This document shows positions 12,991 to 24,000 of a stretch of 64,000 bases of DNA, piece by piece. The notes beneath the pieces were generated by a model that saw nothing but the letters and a program-made list of their open reading frames with translations, ran no database searches and had not been told where the DNA came from. The DNA is from Enoplolaimus lenunculus (Eukaryota): contig JASANG010000753.1 in NCBI GenBank assembly GCA_030248215.1, positions 434,001-498,000 on the forward strand, read 5' to 3'. The first letter of the stretch is position 1. The number at the start of each line of letters is the position of its first letter. The position numbers and the translations under genes were made by a program.

Positions 12991-14132
12991 GCATAGTTAA
13001 GAAATTTTTGCTTTTCTTATTTCAAACAGCATTTTTCAAAACGATTTTTGCAATCGAAAAGCCCTTTGGATTTTTGACACGAGTCCTTGCATGTGCTCGC
13101 GTATTATTCTTGTTCTTTATAAATATTTGTGTTGAAAAGTAAAATTGGGTCATATTTAAAAACAATTCGATTTTGTATTAAAATAAACTCTTAAGCAGCT
13201 TATAAACTTTTACAGAAAACGAAAACTTACAATAGCGTGCGGCCAAATTGTATACAAAGCATCTATGCCTATGCTTTGTAACTGTTGCGGCCCTGTTTTA
13301 TACACTGGCCATTATTTTATGAATATGCTAGAGCAACTGTCCATGTTCTGGGTAACAGGGAAACATATACGTTGTCCATCAGGGTGCAACCGGAGGTGAA
13401 GAAATCGGAAGTCGGAGCTGGAGCCGAAGGTCAAACCATTTTCCCGAAGCCTTTAAATTTGTCAAAAGACATCAACTCTCAACTAGGGCCCAACTTTCAT
13501 GAACATAAGAAAAATTTCATTTATGCCAAAATTGCCGGAGTTTGGGCAGATATTCTACCGGAACCGGAGTTGAAGGTCTATTTTGCAGAAACCGGAGGCA
13601 GACTACTTATTTTATATTAACGCCGTCCATGAATAGGACTCAAGGGAAGGGTCTGTTTTATCCTATAATTTTTATAAAGCAAGCGATATATCTTTTCTCA
13701 TGCAAAACTATATAGCTTTGTTGCATCTTATGGAGTGCGATTTTATCCTTTTTCCATACGAAAATGTATAACTATCTTACTTCCTTGCTTTTCTAGTAAC
13801 ACCAGAAAGCTATCCAGTTTACTCGTTTGAACGAAACACGGTTGTCTCTTTTTTCATAAAGTTAAGCTATTTTGCCCAAACGCCTTAACAGATGCGTTTC
13901 ATATTAATACATAGCTAGGAGGTTCGTGCCTATCGCATAACCGTTTTTCGGACTAGCAATCCTTCCAATTATATCAAATAGTGAAATGGATTTGAATCAG
14001 GATCAAGCAGAATTTCGATTCTGGTGTGGGAAGCCGATACTTTTGCTATCCGGTTTCGGTTTGTTATCACCGTGTTGTTGGTGTCAGTCTAGGTATGAAC
14101 CAAGGACATCAGACCTTTTACTAAGCAGCTGG

Positions 14133-14214
14133 AAAAGCGGGCTAGAGCGGGGATCGAACTCTCAACCTACGGATCCTTAAGCGAATACTCTACCACTGCA
14201 ATACGCAGCCCGCC
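14133..14214 (-). ncRNA. tRNA-like Pol III cassette within outer TRIM LTR (second copy 14494-14575)
   Basis: Minus strand GGCGGGCT..., A box (TAGCGCAGTGG in copy 2), B box GTTCGATCC, ...AGCCCGC-TTTT. Flanks extend the terminal stem to ~20 bp. Anticodon and T stems are imperfect, so it is not a canonical tRNA. Confidence 0.6.
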
Positions 14215-14607
14215 TGTCCAACTGCATTTTTCGTCGACTATATGTCGACCGTATGATGCCAGAAAGCATACAACACTATTTGCATTGCATTTATTGCATA
14301 TGCACTAGGACAAGCATGTCTCACATACTTACATGCCCTTATTTTCAACAAGGTCGTCCCTTGACCGTCCATCCTATTTTCGACTGGACACCGTATTCAT
14401 AGCGCGGCAATTGACCTTTGCGTCCACGGAGTAGCCCCCATGTCAATCTAGGCAGGAACCGAGGGACATCAGACCTTTCAACTAAGCAGGTGGAAAAGCG
14501 GGCTAGAGCGGGGATCAAACTCTTAGCCTACGGATCCTTAAGTGAGCACTCTACCACTGCGCTACGTAGCCCGCCTTTCCAACTGCATTTTTCGTCGACT
14601 GTATGTC

Positions 14608-15126
14608 TGTCGGTATATGTGTACGTAAGCGTATGTAAAGCAAATGTTGCCATGCCTGTGCACATATACCGGTATAAGAAGTTGTTGCAACGGCCGCGTG
14701 GTGTAATGGGTAGCGCGCTTGACTCGCGAGCGAGAGGTCCGAGGTTCGATTCCCGGCGTGGTCACTAACTTTGGGCAAAACTTCAAACGGGGGTCGTGCA
14801 GACCGTATAGTACCAACATGGAGGTCCCACCGAGACGGGCACTGCAAACAGATAGCCCATGAATTCGGGTAGTTGGATTCGCGGTCCGGGACGACCGCCT
14901 GTAAAAAAAGAGGGATGTCGGTATATGTGTACGTAAGCGTATGTAAAGCAAATGTTGCCATGCCTGTGCACATATACCGGTATAAGAAGTTGTTGCAACG
15001 GCCGCGTGGTGTAATGGGTAGCGCGCTTGAGTCGCGAGCGAGAGGTCCGAGGTTCGATTCCCGGCGTGGTCACTAACTTTGGGCAAAACTTCAAACGGGG
15101 GTCGTGCAGACCGTATAGTACCAACA
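14608..15126 (+). mobile_element. Inner TRIM (519 bp) with tRNA-like cassette in its LTRs
   Basis: Two 211-bp LTRs (14608-14818, 14916-15126; TGTCGGTA...TACCAACA; one mismatch seen). PBS TGGAGGTCCCACCGAGA (14819-14835) is complementary to the conserved eukaryotic tRNA-Gln 3' end. PPT AAAAAAAGAGGGA (14903-14915). 5-bp TSD ATGTC; the empty site is visible in the other outer LTR (~14242). Confidence 0.92.
14692..14764 (+). ncRNA. tRNA-like cassette within inner TRIM LTR (second copy 15000-15072)
   Basis: Acceptor-like GGCCGCG/CGTGGTC-A, A box TGGTGTAATGG, B box GGTTCGATTCC; mismatched anticodon and T stems. Confidence 0.65.
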
Positions 15127-15637
15127 ATGTCGACCGTATGCTGCCAGAAAGCATACAACACAATGTGCATTGCATTTATTGCATATGCACTATGACAAGC
15201 ATGTCTCACATGCTTACAGTTGGTATATGTGGTGTAGCATATGTATGTATGTGCATAGTGTGTGTCAGTGGCATGAGCTGATTAAGTTAGAAAAATAGAC
15301 GATGATATTTTCCTTTGAACAGTGCCAAAAGCAAAATTTTTTGAAAATTGAATAATTAACAACCTCGCAAGCAATAAGCTAAGCGTAATTTTTGTATCTA
15401 ATGTAAATTATGACGCACGAACTGATTCCGATTGGTGGGGCGTGGTCCCCTGCCACCCCTCTCGGTACGTCCCTGGTGTGTGTAATGTGAAACACACTTA
15501 ACGTGCCGAATGTTTTTATATTAGAGTAAAAATTTAAGTACAATTCATATTTGAGCTTTGGAGTGTCTGAACTGTTCTCTCAATTTTTGCAGAGTTATGC
15601 ATTCATTTGGCAGCAATAAAATTGTATTTGCAATGCT

Positions 15638-16600
15638 ATGGCTGATGATTTCGAAGATGAAACCCTTGATGTTATTGACGTTGGTGTTAAGGACTCCGTG
15701 ATTGAAAATTTTAAAATTTTTAAAAGTGCGTATCGTAACGGAGCAATAGAAGCCGAAGAAAAATGTCTTCAAGATGGTTTCGAATGTGGATTCAATGATT
15801 TTCGACAGTTGAGTCGACTCATAGGGCGTTTGGAAGGAAAGATTATTGTTGCGCAGAAGCAGTTCAAAGTAATCTTGTCACATCTTCGTATACAGTTATA
15901 CCAGTTGTTAATGATTTTATTGCTTCGACGCCTCATCCCAATTATAACATTTAGCCGTTAACTGAGTAAGAATAAGTGCCGTTTCCAACTGCGCGCGTAT
16001 AGGCTCTTCTATGGTATTAATTAAAGTGTTTTATTTCAGATGGTAAATTAATTTACACATTCCTCGATTACTTTTACTGTCCGGTTGCTTGCAGTTTAGT
16101 TAAGCTAAAGAGTGCGTAGTATTTTACAACGTTGCCGAGAGTGGTTATCATGTATACACATGTATTGTATATTTCAGTCAATATCCAATGATACAGACAA
16201 AATTCAGTTTTGTAGTGTTGAACTTTAGGATAGGAGCAGTTTTGGCAAATTGGATGAACTATCAAAGCAACTTAAACATATTAAAGCTGATTTAACGAGT
16301 CTAACTGTGATGCAAGAATCACATGGAACTGTCCTCGCAAGTGATTTGACCGACGAGTTTTCAATCGAAAATACGAGCACTGTGATCGATATGCCAAATA
16401 CGGATGATATGGATGCATTTATGCTCGAAGAACAAACATCTAACTCGAAAGAAGCAGGGTATAAAATTTCGGATAATAGATTAGAAGATGATATCTGCTT
16501 CAGATTTAGAGCTAAAGTTAGCGAGCAATTGGAGATCATTTCTACGAAGTTAAATGATTTGGAATTGTCAGTGCAGAATGTGGTAGCTGCTGAGGTGTAG
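15638..16600 (+). CDS. YAE1: YAE1-like protein (Yae1_N domain), ~200 aa, 2 exons
   Basis: Exons 15638-15868 and 16229-16600 join in phase 0. AYRNGAIEAEEKCLQDGFECGF fits the Yae1/Lto1 motif GYRDG-x9-QxGFxxG. Confidence 0.7.
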
Positions 16601-17797
16601 CTTAAATCCATTTCTCAGGTTATTTATGAATAAATCTGTCATGGGTTTAAATTTACTGCCATATTTCGAAGTTGGGGTATTCCGTTTCCCCGCTAGACCG
16701 CTGTAATGTACGTACGCTGGGGCTTTTGACTAATTTTTTCTTTAGGATTTTGCCTTATGAATATGTTTGCGTTATGCCTCAAAAATCAATTTTGACGAAT
16801 CAGCCGGCTTATACTAAAAAGCGTGTTTTGAACGTTATGTGCCTTTATATTGACAAGACCGTCGGAGGCCCCGTTATAGCGCCTGTGCTATATTTTGCAT
16901 AGAACTGCAGTCGAATATAGTAAATTTAACGCATTGATATTTTCTGCGTTTGTATGTAATGATCAACTTCAAACTATTTTTAACAGTTCACTTACGACGA
17001 TTTTGCATTGAACATTGTTAAGCATGCTGCTAATAAAGTTATTTTGAGTTGATTTGTGCATGTTTTTGTTTTTTAATAAATTTATTATAGTTTTTGTGTT
17101 TAATGCAATATTTTTTTGCGAATTGAGCTATTAAGCAGTGTTGGAATCAAGTAATAATGCGGCTTTTAATTGTTAAGTGGAATGTGTCATACAGAGCGGG
17201 CCCGTTTCGCGGATTGCTACCTTTATATTTATGGAAAAGACAAGCATTTTAAGATCAAATCTCGTCTAGCCTTACCTGGTTATTGATCGTGTATAATTAA
17301 ACGCATTTACAATTGGGAAAGACATCCTAAAACTACTTAATGGGTATACACAATATTTTGCGGAATAACAATGTTCAGTTTCGTGGGTGTACAATACCGG
17401 GTGAAACTTAACTGGTGCAAAGGGAGCAGGGCACTTTCAGCCAGTGGCAAGAGATCCCGCCTTCCGTTGATATGCCTATAATTTGAGCTTTTTATATAGT
17501 TCTGTTCAGAGTGAAAAAAATGTTTTTACAGGCAGCGTCTTTTGCCATTAAATTTTGTTTTTTTTTCATGTGACAAGTATAGCGTATCCTAAGCAAAATT
17601 ATTGATCAGCCAATCGAAACTAAATTTTAGACGCGCCGCGCTGTATTGCGTGTTCGTTAAATATTAATTTTAATCTGATAAATTCGGTGATTCTAGAGCA
17701 ACCCTAAACCTTTTTTACAGTTTGGGTTATAATGATCGCGTATCATAAATTTTGACTGTGTTTCAGTGCGAACTAGTTTTTGTAGCAGAAACTAAAT

Positions 17798-20700
17798 ATG
17801 ACAAATCCAAAGGGAATCCGGCGCGGTACGCGTTACATGTTCTCGCGTCAATTTCGTAAACATGGAGTACAACATTTGTCAACGTATTTGAGAGTTTATC
17901 GCAAAGGCGATATTGTTGATATAAAGGTACGTACACTGATTTTGCGTTCTGTTATGAACCAGTTGTATTTGTTTTTCTAATGAAATTTCATCGATGTTAA
18001 TTTTAGTTTCGAAACATGATATTAATGTATTGATGTCATCGTGAGCGCACAAAGGGACGCGGGATCCATTACCTCTGAGCAGTGTGCAACCGGAATTCGG
18101 TTGTGCAAATTTTGACCTTCCGGTTCCGATAAATTTTTACCGAAATTAAAAATTCTGGTATAAATTTTGGTCGGCGGAAATTAAGATATTTTACTAAAAA
18201 ATGACGATAAAAATTAAGTAATTTCAATTTTATACTATATAAATCTTGACAATCGCCCAAAATAAACCAGCGACGGTAGATTGCGCTTCCGTGGATTGTG
18301 AAAATCTAAATCCAGAAGATAAAGTAAATACCTATCTCCCACTGAATGTTAATTTACTAATGATATTAAAAAAGAAAATGTATTTTTCATTTTCCGGTTT
18401 CGTCTCCGGTAATTTTTTCATATTCCGGTTCCGGTTGTGACACCAGGGAACTACCGTATAGCAGGTTCCAGTGTTAGTTTACACCGGATATTTGCGGTTG
18501 TCACGAATATTGCAAAACTGCTTTGTGCATCTAAAAATATATACCAGATATCTCGCTGATACTGCATTTTCGGGCAGGTCAACTCTAAACATAGTTTTGC
18601 ACGAGTCAAACTATCAAAAGTGATATAATTTAGATGTTATATCCGGTTAACATTCCGTTCCGTTTCCGATAAAAATTCACTATCCAGTTCTGGTGTCCGG
18701 AAAAATTTATATCCAGTCGATGCATAAGCGTCACCCAAGACACCCCTGTTTCCGCATGCACTTTTGCTGTATACTATGAATTTTGTGTTTCAGGGCAATG
18801 GTGCCATTCAAAAAGGCATGCCACATAAGGTTTATCATGGCAAAACTGGACGCGTGTTTAACGTAACACAGCACGGTGTTGGTGTGATAGTGAACAAGAA
18901 GCACAGGTAAATGCACGAATTTTGTCAAAACGTTTTGTGAAACCATCTTTTTGAGCAGAAAATTTGCAGTGTTTATGGCTGATACTAATTGACGCCATAT
19001 TCTGTGCCCGTATTCTGAAAATGTGTGTAGCAGGTATCGCCAGCCCGTAATAGATTCTTTAACTTTATAAAGACTGGTTAGCTTGGAAATTTAGCAAGTT
19101 TCTTGAATTAAACTAATTCTGCTGTTCAAAGTTTATGATAGAGGTGTGTCCTTGGCGTGTTCTTTGCGTGTTTGGAAACTGATTGATAACTGATGATAAG
19201 AGCTACAGACAGTTAAGAATACGGCTTCCGGCTACATCCTAGCCTTTAGTAATTTCATTTTGCATTATGGCTTATATAGTATATATTAGCACAGCTATTG
19301 TTTGAAGAAGGATGGTGTTCTTAATTATTGTATGTACCACCTATGGATAGTTCTAGTAACACGTCTTCCAACAAGTGAATTACGAGAGCCGCGGAATTGA
19401 ATTTCTGCGCAGGGGCTGGGCTGGGTAAGTTTATTCAAAACACTTGTTCAAGGATCGTATCATTCGTTCGTTGGAAACTTACACGATTTACCACCAACTC
19501 AATGATAGGCGCTATACACATCTGATGATACCGGTAAGTTTATAATAATTGGATTTGCTTTTTGTTCTAGAGGCCGTATTATTCCAAAACGTATCAATGT
19601 CCGTGTTGAACACATTAAGCCGTCAACGTGTCGGATTGATTTTTTGAAACGCGTCAAAGAAAACGATCGAGTTAAACGCGAAGCTAAGGAGCGGAATGAA
19701 ATTGTCCACGTCAAAAGAAAGGTAAGATATGTAGCTGTTTGGTTTTAGTTTATTAATATAATAAGTAGGGTCCAACCGGATATGCGGCTCCGGCGAAAGG
19801 TCGACGTCCGGTTTGGTATTCTACATTGCCGGATATCTACATCTGAAAAGTGTAATATAACTCTATATTCTATTGTTTATGCCCAAAATCACAATATTTT
19901 GCTATGAACTTTGTTCGAAATAGCTTTTTCCGCCGAAAAACGTTTTATTTCAAAATGGAAAATTAGCCATGGCGGTGATTTGCTGAGCGTAAGGAAAGGC
20001 CGCAGTCATTCACTTTGTCAATAGGTGCGGCAGGCAATGCGCTTTTGCCATGGACATTACATTTGTGAAACAAATGAAACGTCATAGCGTTTTTTGAATG
20101 ATTTTTAGTCCCATCCCATGATATAATTATTTCTGTGAATATTGCACATTTTTTGTTTTTCAACATTGTGACAAGCTTTTATCAATTTCAAATCCGGAAA
20201 CTGAACTCAGATTGTAAAACCAGTACAAGCAGCTCGTAAACCGCACGTATTTGGGTTACAGTTACAGTACACGGAAAGTCTGATAAGGGTCAGCAACTTG
20301 AGGTTTGAATGGTGCTGCATAACTGACAACAAATTGTGGGAAAATACTAAAATGTCCGACCAATGTTTATTTTTTAATTTCCCAAACAGGAATCACAAAA
20401 GATCCCAGGTCGGTTCAGTCTTGTTTGTAAGAATGCGATTGAGAATTTATAAACAAGTGGTTGTTGTTTAGCCATTGAATCGACTAATGCACTGTCGGTT
20501 CTCTTCCCCTCCCCTTTCACTTTGTTAAATTGTACCGCGACCTAAGCCTAAGCCTAACGCATTGTCCTATATAAACAAAATGTGTTAAAACACAATAGAC
20601 TTGTTTTTTACTTATGAAGCTTGCAGAAATGTGATATAAAAGACTTGTTCCTACCTTAACACATTTCACAATCCCGTCCAGGGGAATTTTATATTGTGAA

Positions 20701-21060
20701 CGGTGTATTAGCGTGGATAAGGTTAACTTTTTGCTGAAATATGTACATGAATATGCGGATCAGATGAATTGCGTTTAATTCCAATATTGAAAATGAAACA
20801 CGAGATAAATTGCAACTGCAGTATCGAATGTACCACGGTAATTGCGAGCAGTTTAAACCGCGTTTGCAAAGAATTATGTTGAAGTAAATGTGCAATTGTT
20901 TGGCCACTAACCGCACGATACTGTTTTCAGTTTTACGTTTTAGTGTTCAACATCGATATGAATATTTTAGCCGCAAGAACCAAGAAAAGCTCATTTCGTA
21001 CGCACCAGATTCAACAAACCAGTGTTATTGGAACCGATCAGATATGAAGAAATTGTTTAA
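17798..21060 (+). CDS. RPL21: 60S ribosomal protein L21 (eL21), 160 aa, 4 coding exons
   Basis: Exons 17798-17926, 18794-18906, 19571-19721 and 20971-21060. Sequence includes [53 protein letters not shown] and [10 protein letters not shown]. Confidence 0.97.
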
Positions 21061-24000
21061 GATGATTTTAGATAAAGCGACGTGCAAGTTAGCACCCGGA
21101 TATGTGTTGTAAAGGGAACGTTAGTAATCTTGGGAGCACTAGCGGAACGAAACCAAATCGGCATTTTATTGTAGCTTCATAGGAAAGAACCACTTATGCA
21201 ATGGTAGAAAGTGTCGGTTTTGAGGGCCCGTGTTAAGTTGTATCGGGCCTGATTCTGTAAAACGTAGCGACTGGCGTGTTTTAGCTTAGTGCATAGGCCC
21301 CTATAGTTGACATGGACCGTTTAATCGATGATTCGACTTTTGCGTTGTGTCGCAAGCTTACGTATTAATTTTGACCGTTTTACGTTTAAAGGATGCTGAT
21401 GCAAAATTTACGGAAAGCAATGATTGCACAAGACGTACCGAGTTCTTGTCTCGAATTGGCAGTTTTCCTATTGTTGTGATGTCCGAATGTTATGCATAAC
21501 GCGTTATTAAATGTATTTTTTGTTGCTATTGTTTTAAATTTGCATTTGCAAGTAAAGTTATTTCTGAGCGCGTATATTATTTCGCTGAGCAGGTTTTTCC
21601 GGGGGTTTACTTGATGTCTGCTTTTTATTACAAGATATTAATGAGCGTCATTCTTCGTTTTGAAAACGCGGTCTGCTAGTCAACGTTTGTGCTTCCGGGA
21701 CAAGGGTAGCCAGTAGATGCCAGCGGTCTGTACCTCAATGTTTCATACACAATATTCAGGGTGCAGCCGACGGTCTGCTCTGGTTACACAGAAAATCGGC
21801 GATAGAATTTCTGTGGGACGTTCCTCATTTCTGACTCCGACAATTTTTGTTGACTTCCGTCTCCGGTTGCACCTTTATTCTTTATATACTGTCGATCGTA
21901 CGATGATCACTTGGTTTGGTACAAATTTGCGTTTTGATGTTTTTTACCGGTTACTGAATATTTTTGTAAATTTTACACACTTAATTAGCGGTACCTTTGG
22001 TGCTGTTTTTTAAAGTTAATATATGTGCGGACTCTCGTGAGAATTTCGTGGATCTGTTGCTGTGATCACTCCGTCCTTTAGATTTTCGGTCCATGTAAAG
22101 ATCATGGGCGTAACGGTATAAGCTTATTCGTACGCTTAGACATCGGGATTATATGCTTATACTTGTGTTACGACCCTATTCTTTACATTGGCCAAATTTT
22201 CACAGCCACCCATCTTTTTAAAATCGGGCCCGCCAAGCCGGCAGACGAGGCTGGGAGATTTTTAGAACGGCTGTAATTTTCTTAGTATACCATGCATTTA
22301 ATGGTGTCTATATTTTTTGCCCCTGAGGGCTAAAGAATGAGTTCAAAGAGTTTTTGCCGTAAATTCCGGCAATTTTGTTTCTACTCCGGTTGCTGGAAAA
22401 TTTTATGACCTCTGGCTTCTATTTTTACGCCTCCAGTTGCACCATGGTGCCGGCATATATTTTTCAGTTCAGTGTTGAAGATGCCAAAAGGAAGGGTGGC
22501 GGTCCTGTCCCCTCGTAGTTGCGATCTAGTCTATTTATCCGTCCGGTGACTCATACTACTGTGCACACTAGATGACGTTATAGTGATTACCACGATTGCT
22601 GAGTGTTGTGTCTGGGAATAAATGACGTCATTGATGTCACAGTATTGTGCAATATGTTGTTTATGTTCAATATATATGTGTATTTGTATTTATTACAATA
22701 TGTGTGTATTTATAGTATGCAGACTACATACGATCTTACACAACAATACAGGCAGCTTGCATCAGATGTAGAAATAGTATAGCTGTAATGTAGTATATAT
22801 ATATAGATAATCTGTGTATGTGTATTATTTTGTGAGATATATAGGAAGGTTTGACGTGGATCATTTTGGTATTGTTTCAACGTTCATTTCACTTGTTTTA
22901 TTAATATCTTTGAAACGACAATTTGACATAGTCGGAAGACAGTTTGTTTGATTTTGATAAGCATTTTATTAATTTCACGTTTTAGGAGTCAGGCAGTTGT
23001 AACTCATTCAAAAACAGAAACAAATGTTGCTGACGTTGACTGGATTTTGCTATTTCAAAACTAAATTGGCTTCCGAATCCGAGCCTTTAAATTTGTGTCT
23101 GTTTGAAATCAAATCTGAACTTATGCTGCCACCCTGTTGTTTAGATATAAATTGCGTTAATGCATTCGTTTTATTTGCCATTCTCATCTCAATTGAACGA
23201 ACGTAAAGAAGTCAATTTTATGGCAATAGTTCGTGGTTTGTCTGTGGGTCAAAAATAAGTTTATTACCTGCGAAATTTTGGCATCCCCACCCCTATTTTG
23301 AGATCCTGGATCCGCCACTGCTCGTTTCGTGTAAAGGGTTGCGTTGCGCTAAGCTTTTGACGACGTCCGGCCGACGGCGTCGTCCGTCACCGTGTGTCAG
23401 CCGACCGGCATCGTCAGTCACACGGTACCGTTATGGTGGTGACGGGCGGTGCCGGATGGCGCCGCACAATAAGTATAGCGCAACCAACGCTTCCATTTAA
23501 AATTCGCAAAATCATATTGTAACATATGTCTTGCGACCCTATTTCGGTCCGTCGTATGTGACCGTTGTTGTTTGAATCAATTTGCGCATCCTGTAAAGGA
23601 TGCCATTGCTTAAATTCGGTGGCGTAGAATAGATTTCATTTCGAGAGGGGATACAACCTCATGTGTAAATAGTTTTTTTTACCTCCGGAATCGATATATA
23701 ACCGTTTTTTTACAGTCTTACATCCGGTTAAAGGTCTTTATTGTCTCCCGGCAGATTCCGGGAGTGGTATATACCAGGGTACGAACAGGAACTAAATTTT
23801 GCTGAAGCACAAATTGGAATTGGATTTCTTTGCAGGAACCGGAACCGAAACCGGAACCGGAATTTGGAAATAATTTTCATCACAGAATTGCTGTTGGATT
23901 TGTCAGAAGGCTTTGCCACAAAAAATGGCTCAAGCGAATTTTGAACAATAACATCATCAAGTGTTGCGAAAACCCATCAAAAACTGTTTACCAATAATAA

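Larger units (their letters stand above)
14082..15218 (-). mobile_element. Outer TRIM (miniature non-autonomous LTR retrotransposon) with tRNA-like cassette in its LTRs
   Basis: LTRs 14082-14333 and 14441-15218 (the latter interrupted by the inner TRIM) both run TGT...ACA; 5-bp TSD GTTGG (14077-14081 / 15219-15223). On the minus strand the PBS TGGGGGCTACTCCG (tRNA-Pro-like) follows the 5' LTR and the purine-rich GAAAATAAGGGCA precedes the 3' LTR; internal region 107 bp. Confidence 0.85.

Noticed and set aside
14133..14575. Vault RNA genes (A box, B box, terminal stem, TTTT, ~21 kb from MVP)
   Set aside because: Both copies lie at equivalent positions in the two LTRs of a TRIM with PBS, PPT and TSD, so transposon origin explains them.
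14692..15072. Two functional tRNA genes (apparent CGC anticodon)
   Set aside because: Anticodon and T stems are mismatched, and the copies are LTR components.
14418..15281. Several overlapping ORFs up to 215 aa
   Set aside because: They arise from GC-richer duplicated LTR sequence and show no gag/pol or other recognisable motifs.
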